From NCBI GenBank assembly GCA_963727805.1, contig CAVSHF010000003.1, positions 32,001 through 96,000 of the forward strand: a stretch of 64,000 nucleotides of DNA, read 5' to 3'. Origin of the DNA: an uncultured Nitrospiraceae bacterium. Lineage in GTDB: Bacteria; Nitrospirota; Thermodesulfovibrionia; Thermodesulfovibrionales; Dissulfurispiraceae. The translations under genes and the position numbers were made by a program. The notes beneath the pieces are model-generated. The model saw only the letters and a program-made list of their open reading frames with translations. It was not told where the DNA came from and did not search any database. Below, piece by piece: positions 41,503-51,567 of the stretch; the stretch's first letter is position 1; every line of letters starts with the position of its first letter.

Positions 41503-42816
41503 TCGACGAATTGACTCACATAAAATGTTACCGGAGGTAAAAACAAGAAGTATCGTTGACTCATAATGCATGTTACCGAGAAAAAGCATGCATGGATAGG
41601 GAGGTACTATGAGTCCACGATCCAAAAAAGAATATCTCGAAGCCATATATGTTCGATACAAAAGAGCTTCTCGTAAGGAGAAAGCCAGTATTCTCGATGA
41701 ATTCTGCGCCGCGTGCGGCTATCACCGAAAACATGCTATACGGTTGCTTCGCACATTCAGACGATATCAGAAACCGAAGCACAAGAGGAAAGGTAAGCCT
41801 CCTGTTTACCAAAAAGAATCTATCCTGAAGCCTCTGAAGCGCATTTGGCATGCTGCAAACCTCCCTTGCTCCAAAAGACTCAAAGCGATACTTGCTCTTT
41901 GGCTGCCAAGTTATGAAAAGCGGTATGGCACTCTCTCAGAGGAGGAGAGCAAGGCACTATCTAGCATTTCCCCTTCCACGATTGACCGGCTTTTTAAGCC
42001 GATTCGGGCACGCTATAATGGGCGTGGCAGATCTACTACAAAACCAGGAACTCTTCTGCGTAAACATATCCCCATCAAAACCAATCAGTGGGACGAGTCG
42101 TGCCCTGGGTTTATGGAGGCTGATACCGTTGCTCACTGCGGCAACTCTATGGCCGGCATGTTTGCATTCACCATCGACTGCGTTGATATCGCCACCGGAT
42201 GGACTGAGCAAAGAGCCGTATGGGGCAAAGGAGAAACAGATGTCCTCAAACAAATAAAAGATATTGAAAAGACTCTTCCATTTGACCTCAAAGGCTTTGA
42301 CTCTGACAATGGCTCTGAGTTCTTGAACCATCACCTACTTAGACACTTCACGGAGAGAAAACAGCCAATCCAGTTTACTCGCAGCAGAGCCTATCACAAA
42401 GACGACAACTCTCACATTGAGCAGAAAAACTGGACACATGTCAGACAGTGGCTCGGCTATGAGCGTCTCGATAATCCCGATGTTGTCCCTTTGCTGAATG
42501 CCTTATATTCCACAGAATGGAGACTCTTCCACAACTTCTTTTGTCCTTCAGTGAAACTGCTCGCTAAAGAACGCATTGCCTCCAAAACCATAAAACGTTA
42601 TGATATCCCTAAAACGCCTTATCAGAGGGTGATTGAATCTCCCCACGCGGAAGAGTCGGTGAAGCAAAAGTTAAAAACTCAGATGGCAACTCTTGATCCC
42701 TTTGCCCTCAGACAGGCAATAGAAGAGAAGCTAAAAGTGATATTCAAAATCTCTTCAATTTCGATGAGTCGATCTTCTTCGCTTCGGTAACATTTTTCAA
42801 TGAGTCAACTGGTCGA
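41503..42816 (+). mobile_element. Unclassified rve/DDE insertion sequence
   Basis: Motif TTGACTCA-N6/7-ATGTTACCG twice at left (41511, 41556) and inverted at right (42785-42808); single transposase gene. Confidence 0.8.
41609..42790 (+). CDS. DDE integrase-core transposase
   Basis: PGFMEADTVAHCG, DSDNGSEF and RSRAYHKDDNSHIEQKN motifs. Confidence 0.9.
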   Translation: MSPRSKKEYLEAIYVRYKRASRKEKASILDEFCAACGYHRKHAIRLLRTFRRYQKPKHKRKGKPPVYQKESILKPLKRIWHAANLPCSKRLKAILALWLPSYEKRYGTLSEEESKALSSISPSTIDRLFKPIRARYNGRGRSTTKPGTLLRKHIPIKTNQWDESCPGFMEADTVAHCGNSMAGMFAFTIDCVDIATGWTEQRAVWGKGETDVLKQIKDIEKTLPFDLKGFDSDNGSEFLNHHLLRHFTERKQPIQFTRSRAYHKDDNSHIEQKNWTHVRQWLGYERLDNPDVVPLLNALYSTEWRLFHNFFCPSVKLLAKERIASKTIKRYDIPKTPYQRVIESPHAEESVKQKLKTQMATLDPFALRQAIEEKLKVIFKISSISMSRSSSLR

Positions 42817-43163
42817 AGGTAACCCCAGAGGGTTTACCCATGAGTATTTCCTCCCTTGAAACAAAGCGTATTTACGGTGTACGACGGCCTCTCGATTATT
42901 CTTAGTTATTAAGAATCTGATTTCGATAGTTACGTTCGGTAATGAACATTCTTGGCGAGAAGGCGGAGGCATGGGGCATCAGGTGATGTCATCTATGCAT
43001 CAGATGCTCACAGAAGGTGAGATTAAACCCTAACGCACGTCCCCATTTTATCACGAGTTCGCAGCGACTCCATGTTCCGAGTCGTGCAGGCACTATTCAT
43101 CAGATTGGGCAGGTACATATACTTATAGTGTTAAAGCCGGCGATAAGCGCAGGTGCAGCCGGG

Positions 43164-44231
43164 TCAAACAACCCTTACATCTACCGAGTGTAATCCACGG
43201 GAACCATCCGGATAACTGCGCGTGATGACACTGAAGATGGATCCGGACTCCTGCGTCTTTCCGGCCTTGTCGATCCCCCGTACCTTAAGTGTATACTTGC
43301 CCCTTTTAGCTGGCTTCCAGTCATAGCTCCACACCGCCCACGACCACTTCGAAAGCGGCTCCTTCATCGCAGCGTCATGCCAACTCGAACCGTCATCGAG
43401 GGATACCTGCACCCTGCTTATGCCATGGCGTCCCGCAAAAGCGATGCCGCCGATAACATAACTGCCGAGCGGTATCTGCTTTCCGCCCATGGGCATCAGT
43501 ATCTCAGACATGGTCGGAATCACGGAACTGTCGGACCATCCCTCTTTTTCCCAATAGCCCCTGTAGTCGAAATTGACAAGTTCTATCTTCGACAGCCACT
43601 TCACATTTTTCATCCCGAAAATCCCAGGCACAATCGCCCTTACTGGATAACCGTGCTGTCTCGGCAGCAGTGTCCCGTTCATCTTGAATGCAAGAAAGAC
43701 GTCCTCGGAAAACGACAGTGCGTAAGGGATGCTGTCGCTGTATCCGTCATCGGCATAGAAAACTATCTTAACGATACCCTGTTTCGGCGACGCCCTTTCG
43801 ATGATCTTTTTCAGCGTCACTCCCTCCCACAAGGCGGTGCCTATAGCATCTCCGCCTACAGAATTGCCGATGCATTCCAGGGTAACGAATTCGGTCACGT
43901 CCTTCACAGCTTCCAATTCCCCGAAATTCAGGGAATATGGCTTTTCGACCATTCCCTCTATCCTCAGCCTGAAGGTGCTTGCGTCGATTTCCGGCACCTT
44001 GCTGGAGTATGTAGTGATATAGAACTCCTCATTCGGCGTGATTTCCTTCGCCGTAAATCCCATGAAGTTGACTGTGCCCTTTGTCAGCATTGCATGTTTC
44101 TGCTCTTCAGTCAGGGCGTCAGCATAATGAAAGACTCCGTCAAAAACAGAGACGCCGAACCCAAGCCCGATTGTCCCCAGACCGACTCTCCTGACAAAAT
44201 CCCTTCTGCTCATATCATCTTTCATGATCAA
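43164..44231 (-). CDS. Tat-exported sulfite-oxidase-family molybdopterin oxidoreductase
   Basis: SRRDFVRR; LECIGN Mo-ligand Cys; HGYPVR...GMKNVKWL; C-terminal dimerisation Ig domain (VQVSLDDGSSW). Confidence 0.92.
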   Translation of the reverse strand: MIMKDDMSRRDFVRRVGLGTIGLGFGVSVFDGVFHYADALTEEQKHAMLTKGTVNFMGFTAKEITPNEEFYITTYSSKVPEIDASTFRLRIEGMVEKPYSLNFGELEAVKDVTEFVTLECIGNSVGGDAIGTALWEGVTLKKIIERASPKQGIVKIVFYADDGYSDSIPYALSFSEDVFLAFKMNGTLLPRQHGYPVRAIVPGIFGMKNVKWLSKIELVNFDYRGYWEKEGWSDSSVIPTMSEILMPMGGKQIPLGSYVIGGIAFAGRHGISRVQVSLDDGSSWHDAAMKEPLSKWSWAVWSYDWKPAKRGKYTLKVRGIDKAGKTQESGSIFSVITRSYPDGSRGLHSVDVRVV

Positions 44232-44467
44232 CCTCGAGATAAATTATTCTTTAATGAAAGATTATCAACATAAACAGGGCTGTCAATATTTTGCTGGTCA
44301 AGAATGTTGACCGACGCACGAGTTTGACCCTCTTTTCGTACTTATCCGCAGCAGGCTCATCTCAAATATAGTCAAGCATCGTTTACGGTTTATTTGGTTT
44401 GTATAGTTTGACAACGACTTGGGTAAAAGTGATAAAGTCACTTATAGTTTTTTTGGGGGATTTTGCG

Positions 44468-45652
44468 ATGGTAGTGCTGTTGCGGCTGTTCGCACTGATA
44501 TGTTTGTATTGCTTGATATTAGTCTCTATCGCTCATGCTCAGATTGCTGCAACTTTGAGCACGAAACATGATACCTATACAGGTATATGTCCTGCCGAGA
44601 TCAAATTCAAAGGAACTATAACCTCAGAAAAGCCAGGAAAGATTCAATATAGGTTTATCAGAAGTAACGGCACATTGCTGCCTGTTGAGACCCTGGAATT
44701 CAGCACGCCGGGAGCTAAAGAAGTCGATGGATCATGGATAGCAGGAGATACAGAGACCTCCTCTTACGAAGGATGGCAGGCGATAAGAATTGTATATCCT
44801 GAAGAAGTGGAATCAAATAAGGCTCGCTTCAAAATGATTTGCGATCAAAACATGCCCGATCTGACAGTAAACATCCGCCACAGTCCCAGGACAGCAAGAC
44901 CCGGCCACGAACTCGGCTCCTCCATCAAGATTAAAGTTGCTAATCACGGGAAGCTTGACTTAAAGGATGTTGCGGTGGATATCGTTCTTAAGAAAGATAA
45001 TTCCTGCCCGGATTCCATGCCCAGCACAGAAGACTCAACTCATTTTTCGGATGGGGTACTGCTCAAAGGAGGACGTGAGCATGTGTCGTTAAAAGCGGGA
45101 CAAAAGCAAGAGATCAAACTGAACGGAACCAACACTATACCTGCTGACACTCCGCCGGGGGACTATTACTTGTGCGCGGTGGTCAACGCGGGTCACCAGA
45201 TAAAAGAGAGTAACAAAACGATCAATTGTGCATGCAGTCCAATTAAAATCACCACGGCCGTAGACAAACCAGATCTCATTATTGATCGCATAAGCTTCAA
45301 GATCGGAGAGAAATGCGCGCCCAACTATCCTATTTATATATTTGAGGTGACAGTGAAGAATATCGGCACTGCTCCATCTCCGTCATTGCCGAATGCAACA
45401 CTCGTGCAGGTAATAGACATCGGCAGCAGATGGGGAAACGGGGCCACCTTAAACTCCTTACCGCCCGGGGGAACGCAGACAGTCTTTATTCCCGTGTATT
45501 ATTTCACTGAAGACCCGGCCCATATGACTAAGGTGGTCCCGCATCCTTTCAGGGCGGTTGTTGACCCCTTTAATCTCATAGAAGAGTCCAATAAGAAAAA
45601 CAATACCTCTGATATAATCTACCTCGATCCCGGACTAATATGCCATGAATGA
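44468..45652 (+). CDS. Secreted CARDB-domain protein
   Basis: Signal peptide; PDLTV / PDLII...VKNIG...VVDPFNLIEESNKKNN CARDB signatures. Confidence 0.8.
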   Translation: MVVLLRLFALICLYCLILVSIAHAQIAATLSTKHDTYTGICPAEIKFKGTITSEKPGKIQYRFIRSNGTLLPVETLEFSTPGAKEVDGSWIAGDTETSSYEGWQAIRIVYPEEVESNKARFKMICDQNMPDLTVNIRHSPRTARPGHELGSSIKIKVANHGKLDLKDVAVDIVLKKDNSCPDSMPSTEDSTHFSDGVLLKGGREHVSLKAGQKQEIKLNGTNTIPADTPPGDYYLCAVVNAGHQIKESNKTINCACSPIKITTAVDKPDLIIDRISFKIGEKCAPNYPIYIFEVTVKNIGTAPSPSLPNATLVQVIDIGSRWGNGATLNSLPPGGTQTVFIPVYYFTEDPAHMTKVVPHPFRAVVDPFNLIEESNKKNNTSDIIYLDPGLICHE

Positions 45653-45900
45653 TGGAGCCTCAGATAGCGGCAATCGAGATATCTCGGTAAATAGTCATGA
45701 GTGTTCCGGTATGCAAAGTGACATCATTTGGAGTATGAGGTTTAAATATTACCGTGGCTTGCAGATGCTCTATAATCATGGCATTCGAGCTTGCAACTAT
45801 ATAGTTGAGCTTTCTCCTACCACTGTCCGAGATCGCGACCTAAATAATTCACGACCATCTTGATGGTGTCGATAGCTCTTGTTTATTTTCAGTCTGCTGT

Positions 45901-46680
45901 ATGAAAGAAAAGAAAAAAATAAAGGGCATTACCAACAGATTGAGGCCGGGGGGTACGGACGCCGAAGATAAAAAACAGAATGTTTGGCTGAAGCTATTCA
46001 TTCTTGCGCTGATTTTGATCGGGCTTTCATGGGGAATATACGTGACTGGCATCTGGGACTTCTTTATGAGCCGGGAGCGAATAATAGCATTTCTTGATTC
46101 GCTCGGTTCGTTTGCATTTTTAGGCTTTATTGTTTTGCAGGCATCACAGGTCGTTGTGGCTCCTATCCCCGGCGATGTAACCGGTTTGATTGGTGGCTAT
46201 CTCTATGGCCCAGTGATAGGGACAGCCCTCTCAACGGTTGGCTTGACTCTTGGCTCCTATATTGCCTTTGCACTATCGCGTCGCTTCGGACAGCCCTTTA
46301 TAGACAGGTTTGTACCGAAAGTCGCAATGAATCGGTTCGCATACCTGCTCCACCATAAGGGAGCATTCCTTGTTTTTATCCTGTTCCTAATTCCCGGAAC
46401 GCCTAAGGATTATCTGTGCTATATCCTTGGTCTCGGGCACCTTACAACCATGGAATTTTTGATTATTGGCGGAACCGGAAGATTGTTCGGAACAATTCTT
46501 CTCAGCTTTGGCGGTACTTATTTGAGAGAAGAACATTACCTGAACTTCTTCATCCTTACGGCGGTTGCAATAGTAGTCGTGCTTATTGCGATGCTCTTCA
46601 AGCAACGCATTGAACGTATTCTGAGGGTATTGCATATCATGGACTACAAGAAGCGAAGAACTAAACGATCCTCTAAATGA
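45901..46680 (+). CDS. TVP38/TMEM64 (DedA/VTT) membrane protein
   Basis: QVVVAPIPG...GYLYG...LSRRFG...FLIPGTPKD. Confidence 0.9.
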   Translation: MKEKKKIKGITNRLRPGGTDAEDKKQNVWLKLFILALILIGLSWGIYVTGIWDFFMSRERIIAFLDSLGSFAFLGFIVLQASQVVVAPIPGDVTGLIGGYLYGPVIGTALSTVGLTLGSYIAFALSRRFGQPFIDRFVPKVAMNRFAYLLHHKGAFLVFILFLIPGTPKDYLCYILGLGHLTTMEFLIIGGTGRLFGTILLSFGGTYLREEHYLNFFILTAVAIVVVLIAMLFKQRIERILRVLHIMDYKKRRTKRSSK

Positions 46681-46792
46681 GGAGATGTGAGAACGCGCTT
46701 GTATTTCTGTCTACTGGTCTTTTAATGGCATACCGTCTCAGGTGCTATGATGTTGCCATACGAAAGGTCTCAGAAAAGACCGGATTGGAGGA

Positions 46793-47407
46793 ATGATGAA
46801 AAGATATGCAATTCTGGTTATTCTACTGCTTGCCTCTATGATTCTTGGTGGTTGCATCGGTACCGTAGCTGTTATGATGGAAAAAAAGCAGGTGGCCGAA
46901 TTGCCTGTGGTCAATTATAAATTACGGGCGAACTATATAGCCTATGCGCCGACTGGGGTTTATATATCCGATTTTAGATTGCGTGAGCTCTGGTTTGGTT
47001 CAAAAATCAAGGTCGAAGATCTGATGCTTTCTGATTTCATTAAAGAGAAAATGGCAGGACGGTCCGGTGTCGTTAAGGATAAGGGATCCGCAGTACAGAC
47101 AGTTACTATCACTAGTACTGAGAGTGATGCGCAATTTACTACCTTCTTGATGGGACCGTGGGCAAAGATGATACTTAATGCCGATATAATAGGTAGAGAT
47201 GGGAAAATACGCAGGGTCGAGGTCACTAGACGTTGTCGCATGGTGGCCGATAAGATACAGGTTTTTACCCAGGAACAGACGACCCAAGTGATAAGAAACA
47301 CAGCTGACGCCCTTGTCATAGCTTTAATAGATAGTAAGGATAACGTTGCCGTAGGGAAGGATATGGAATGTCTTGCTGATGGCAGGACGAGGGTGATTGA
47401 CAGGTAA
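46793..47407 (+). CDS. Hypothetical lipoprotein
   Basis: Lipobox LGGC; GGAGG RBS. Confidence 0.7.
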   Translation: MMKRYAILVILLLASMILGGCIGTVAVMMEKKQVAELPVVNYKLRANYIAYAPTGVYISDFRLRELWFGSKIKVEDLMLSDFIKEKMAGRSGVVKDKGSAVQTVTITSTESDAQFTTFLMGPWAKMILNADIIGRDGKIRRVEVTRRCRMVADKIQVFTQEQTTQVIRNTADALVIALIDSKDNVAVGKDMECLADGRTRVIDR

Positions 47408-47604
47408 GATTCATCCAGAATAAGAAAGTATTACTGGGAGCAATGGAATGACCCTCATAAATTCCCAAATCTTTTTGCCCCAAGCGAGTAGACCAGGGCC
47501 AGCCTTCGCGATAGCAGCACTTACCTCCAACCAGTATTCTCGGAAGTATCAGGGTTCTTGATAGCATCAAGATTGGGGCGGGAGAATCTCTCTGGCTGTT
47601 TATT

Positions 47605-47820
47605 CCTTGGGAAGAACACCTCATTTCTCAGCGAGTGAGATTAGGGTGTGTTATAAGGAGACAATCAACGACGCGTCAATGATAGATTTATTCGGAAATC
47701 ATCACATTTCTGGCACTGGCGGCACTGATTGTTTTCAGTGGGCACTAACAAACCTGGCGATGTCCGCCGGTCTTGGTTACCGGAAGAAATATTGAGAAAA
47801 CGTCCCGATCTGTTCGGTCA
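47605..47820. repeat. Copy 2 of the ~220-bp inverted-repeat element
   Basis: GAACACCTCATTTCTCAGCGAG...GTGTTATAAGGAGAC...CACATTTCTGGCACTGG...TTTCAG, colinear with the reverse complement of 5684-5911. Confidence 0.6.
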
Positions 47821-48044
47821 TTATTATTATAAACAGCGTTGGAGCGGGTTCTCGATGGAGCACCATTCAAACAATCCTCCCTCCAGAGGCACTTCATCTG
47901 ACCACATGCACGCACATAGGGAGTTGCGAAACACTCGGAATTGCCTTCAGCATTTTTGGATATATCTGATAAGTTGCCGTTCATCAGTTTTACCTCTTTC
48001 AACCCCTGCTTGCTTGCAATTTTCCTGACGTCTTGAATATTCAA
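47745..48044 (-). CDS. Small SAP-like/4-Cys protein (EGNxxCF...CGQxxCLWREDC family), locally frameshifted
   Basis: AAGGAGG RBS, TTG start; IQDVRKIA...AEGNSECFATPYVRACGQMKCLWREDC. Confidence 0.65.
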   Translation of the reverse strand: MNIQDVRKIASKQGLKEVKLMNGNLSDISKNAEGNSECFATPYVRACGQMKCLWREDCLNGAPSRTRSNAVYNNNDRTDRDVFSIFLPVTKTGGHRQVC

Positions 48045-48198
48045 GTTTGACCTCCTTTGCACGGATTGGTCAGCTCATGGCCTAAATGTAATATACATCA
48101 ATTAGCATATATCATTGAGTCAGGCGATACTACTATAATGTGCCATGCAATGTGTTAGAATTACGTAAAGATAGCCTCACCTGTGGAGGGGGGCAATA

Positions 48199-48462
48199 AT
48201 GACCATACTGAGATTTCCACCGACTCAAAATTGCGATGCTATATGCAAACTTATTATTTTTGTCGCATATGTCGGAGAAGGATTTATAGCATGCTCCATC
48301 TCACTTGAGGCATTGCGGGATCACTTTGAGGGCGATATCCACAAACCGCTTGAAACTTTCATTTGTAATCGTCCCGCAATCGAGCACATTGCCGAACGCC
48401 TCATTGCTCGGCGACGTTTTGAAGCTGACGGCTCGGTGCTGATTAGCACTGCAGACTGTTAA
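48199..48462 (+). CDS. DUF1488-family protein
   Basis: CSISLEALRDHF...FICNRPAIEHIAERLI; GGAGG RBS. Confidence 0.75.
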   Translation: MTILRFPPTQNCDAICKLIIFVAYVGEGFIACSISLEALRDHFEGDIHKPLETFICNRPAIEHIAERLIARRRFEADGSVLISTADC

Positions 48463-48736
48463 TTTCTGGCGAGAATGCTGAGGCGGTGGTTATCAGGTGG
48501 AACTTTGGGGCGACAGATCTTCACAGAAATTATCGCTGGTTGGTATCCTGAATACACTGAAGTATTCTACCCGAAATATAGTCCAACTGGTATTGATTAT
48601 GTCCCGTTCAAGACATGTTAGAGAAATTATAAGGACGCGAAGTACTCCCTTAAAAAAACTCTTGCGATCCTCTCCGGCCGTTTCTTTCACCAAAAAGTAC
48701 GTAAAAACCAATGACCGAGAATAATGCTCATTACCT

Positions 48737-48922
48737 GTTGATGTCAAAGAAACGTCATAAAAACGTCATAAAGTTAGCGGAAAACATAGGAATTTATGGG
48801 AATCCATAGGAAAACTCAAAACACATAAATGTGTATTAAAAACAGTCTGATATGCAAAATATATAGGCATTTCAAACCTGCTTAAAAACCCTAGCTACGT
48901 CCTCTCAAGGTTAAGACACGGG
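48737..48922 (+). other. Integration-site (att) scar copy 2
   Basis: AACGTCATAAAAACGTCATA...CATAGGAA...CTACGTCCTCTCAAGGTTAAGACACGGG. Confidence 0.8.
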
Positions 48923-48935
48923 GGATTATAGGGAC

Positions 48936-49913
48936 TCAAAATTTATGACACGCCGTGCAGAATTCAAATCCGCCATTTCGCTCCTGGAATAATAAGTTAG
49001 GAAAATCTGCGGCATGAGGGTTATGACATGAAGCGCATGACAATTCCTTCCCGGGATGTAAGGGATCCGGTTTGCCACGGACAGGATGGCCACCGCCTGA
49101 GACCCCCGAAACAACATGGACTCCTGTAGCTTTCTCTTCATGGCAAGCAAGACAGAGATCCGTGGTCTGTTTGCGCAGGAAGAAATCATTATCAGAAGCG
49201 TGCGGGTTGTGGCACACGCTGCACATTCCCATCGAAAAAGGACCATGTAAGAATTTTTTGTCCCTCCATGTCACCGCCGCATCGCTGTGACAAGAGTAAC
49301 AAAGGCTTTGCTCTGGGTTGGATACGCTGTACTTGTGACCTTTTATAGTGCTTCTATGACATATAGTGCATTCCCATACTGATGCCGGACCATGGACAAA
49401 TTTGAAATCCAAAAGATTCTTGTGACACCCGATGCACGGGGACGGACTTCTATCCTGTTCTTTATTTGCTCTTTTTTGCCCGAAATCATGGCAGAATGTG
49501 CATTTACTTTCCCGCTCGCGAGTGTGAAATTTGTAAGGGCGAAATGCGTCGGGAGCGCTACTATTGTTTCCTGATAGCGGTGAATGATAGAAAAGCGTAA
49601 TCTTCTGTGCTTCAGCTGGCTCATCCTTTCTGAAGCCCTTTATGGTGATGGTGTTCAATCCTTCCTTCAATTTAATCACCTTGCAAACGTTTCTGTTGAT
49701 CTTCTCAATAGAAGGCAAGTCGCTGTTGTTAACGCTGAGTCGTATTGCATCTACCGTACCATCCGTTACAATGACAATGCTTACAAGCTTACTTTCAATG
49801 ATCGACTGATCAGGCGGCAGCAAAATAGTCAACTGACTGACTTTCCCCTGGGCCCCAAATACAGGACTCAAAAGACAGAGCACAAATATGAATAGAATGG
49901 AAAAGGATCTCAT
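48936..49913 (-). CDS. Octaheme cytochrome c with N-terminal Ig-like region
   Basis: Signal peptide; eight CxxCH motifs; HGP...CxxCHNPH doubled motifs. Confidence 0.9.
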   Translation of the reverse strand: MRSFSILFIFVLCLLSPVFGAQGKVSQLTILLPPDQSIIESKLVSIVIVTDGTVDAIRLSVNNSDLPSIEKINRNVCKVIKLKEGLNTITIKGFRKDEPAEAQKITLFYHSPLSGNNSSAPDAFRPYKFHTRERESKCTFCHDFGQKRANKEQDRSPSPCIGCHKNLLDFKFVHGPASVWECTICHRSTIKGHKYSVSNPEQSLCYSCHSDAAVTWRDKKFLHGPFSMGMCSVCHNPHASDNDFFLRKQTTDLCLACHEEKATGVHVVSGVSGGGHPVRGKPDPLHPGKELSCASCHNPHAADFPNLLFQERNGGFEFCTACHKF

Positions 49914-51028
49914 TCTCTTATAATCAATTCAAGGGCTTTCTTGTATGCCAATGCTGCTTGTTGGAGCATTCCATTCTCTTCACAGACTCGCCCTTTGTAG
50001 ATATATACTTTAGGATCGAGAGGATTCAGTTGAATCGCATCATCAAAAACCTTAAAAGCTTCATCTGATTTGCCTTCTTTCGCATAGACCGAGCCCAAAT
50101 AGTAATAGCATGGAGGATATGTCCCCCTCTGACGCAACGCTTTCTCTATTAAGGCCTTCCCTTCGTCCAACCTACCGCCGTTGATCAATAATAGAGCAAG
50201 TTCACATAAAGCAATTTGGTTGCCTGGCTCAAGTGTAAGAGCTTGCTCAAACAATCCCCTTGCAAGAGACGTATCATTCTTCTGCTGGTAAAATTTACCA
50301 AGACCAAGGTACGGAGCCACAAATTTCGGATCGGATTCGATCGCCTTCTTGAACCACATCTCTGCAGTATCAGCCGAACTTCTTGACGTCATCGCATTCT
50401 TACCCATGTTGAAAGACCTCACCGCCTTCTTATCAGGCTTGTAGGCCGCGTTTCCCGCTACTATATCAACGGGCTTCTTCCCATCCAGAGTGGAAGATAT
50501 GAAGTCAACCATTTCTTCTGACCCCACAAGTGGAAACCCCGAAAGTTCGTATCTTATAACACGCTCTTTATCAAGCACCACCGTCGATGGGACAGCTATT
50601 ACTCCGTAATCATGAAATGTCATTAACCCGGAATCGATTAAAACAGGGTAACTTATCTTAAGGGTTGCGACTTTCAATCGTATCTCGCTTATTGCCTGTT
50701 CCGATGATTTTTGACCGTCTACATTAATAGCAATTACGGCGAGACCCGCAGATCTATATTTTTGATAAAGTTTTTCCAGCATTAAGAGAGCTTTTTCTGA
50801 ATTCGAACTCCACGTAGACCAGAAGACTATTACTGTAAGTTTTTGTGCAATGAGTCCGGAGAGAGCCTTTGGCTCTCCGGATATGCTCTTCAACGAAAAT
50901 GAGGGAGCCTCCATCCCAACCTGAAGGCCCTGGAGTGTAGCCCCTGACGGTATAATGAAAAACAACTGTCCAATGACAAAAATAGTGGCAGACAAAACTA
51001 CGGTTCGAAGGAATTTCATCATTATCAC
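49910..51028 (-). CDS. Redoxin (TlpA-like) plus TPR protein lacking CxxC
   Basis: APSFSL...VFWSTWSSNS...YGVIAVPSTVVLD thioredoxin fold; C-terminal TPRs. Confidence 0.85.
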   Translation of the reverse strand: MIMMKFLRTVVLSATIFVIGQLFFIIPSGATLQGLQVGMEAPSFSLKSISGEPKALSGLIAQKLTVIVFWSTWSSNSEKALLMLEKLYQKYRSAGLAVIAINVDGQKSSEQAISEIRLKVATLKISYPVLIDSGLMTFHDYGVIAVPSTVVLDKERVIRYELSGFPLVGSEEMVDFISSTLDGKKPVDIVAGNAAYKPDKKAVRSFNMGKNAMTSRSSADTAEMWFKKAIESDPKFVAPYLGLGKFYQQKNDTSLARGLFEQALTLEPGNQIALCELALLLINGGRLDEGKALIEKALRQRGTYPPCYYYLGSVYAKEGKSDEAFKVFDDAIQLNPLDPKVYIYKGRVCEENGMLQQAALAYKKALELIIRE

Positions 51029-51537
51029 TTTCTGCCCTTCTCGTATTTATTAATACCCTCGCGGTACTCAGAGAGAGCTTTTTCCAAATTCCCCATTCTT
51101 TCATATATCAGGCCGAGTTCGTAATGAACTTTTACAGGGTCAGGATTCAGGATCAATGCATCCTTCAATATAATCTCAGCCCCCTTCAAGTCGCCCTTCT
51201 GCGCGAGGGCAATTCCCTTACCGGTTTTAGCCGAATATGAACGGGGCATGCGCTGTAATGCTTCTTTAAACTCCTTCATGGCTTCATCATTAGAGCCTAT
51301 CTTAAGAAGAAGGAATCCCAGCCGGACGCGACATTCAACCAAGGAGGGATCTGATTTGACTCGTTCCCGGAGTCCTTCGATAGCATTATCAAGGCTGTCT
51401 TCAGCACTAATCCTGATGGCTTCCTTCTCGCAGAGATCTCCTGCCGACCTGCCAGCAGTGATATCCTGCCCATGGGCAACCATAGCACTCATCAAAAGCA
51501 TGATCACAATGAGTGAGGATACGATAAAACTCATCAC
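51025..51537 (-). CDS. Secreted TPR protein
   Basis: Signal peptide; about three TPR repeats (VHYELGLIYERMG). Confidence 0.85.
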   Translation of the reverse strand: MMSFIVSSLIVIMLLMSAMVAHGQDITAGRSAGDLCEKEAIRISAEDSLDNAIEGLRERVKSDPSLVECRVRLGFLLLKIGSNDEAMKEFKEALQRMPRSYSAKTGKGIALAQKGDLKGAEIILKDALILNPDPVKVHYELGLIYERMGNLEKALSEYREGINKYEKGRK

Positions 51538-51567
51538 AGTTGTGCGTACCTTTCCTTTCTCAATTAA

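Noticed and set aside
43377..44273. 298-aa plus-strand ORF
   Set aside because: Antisense shadow of the molybdopterin oxidoreductase.
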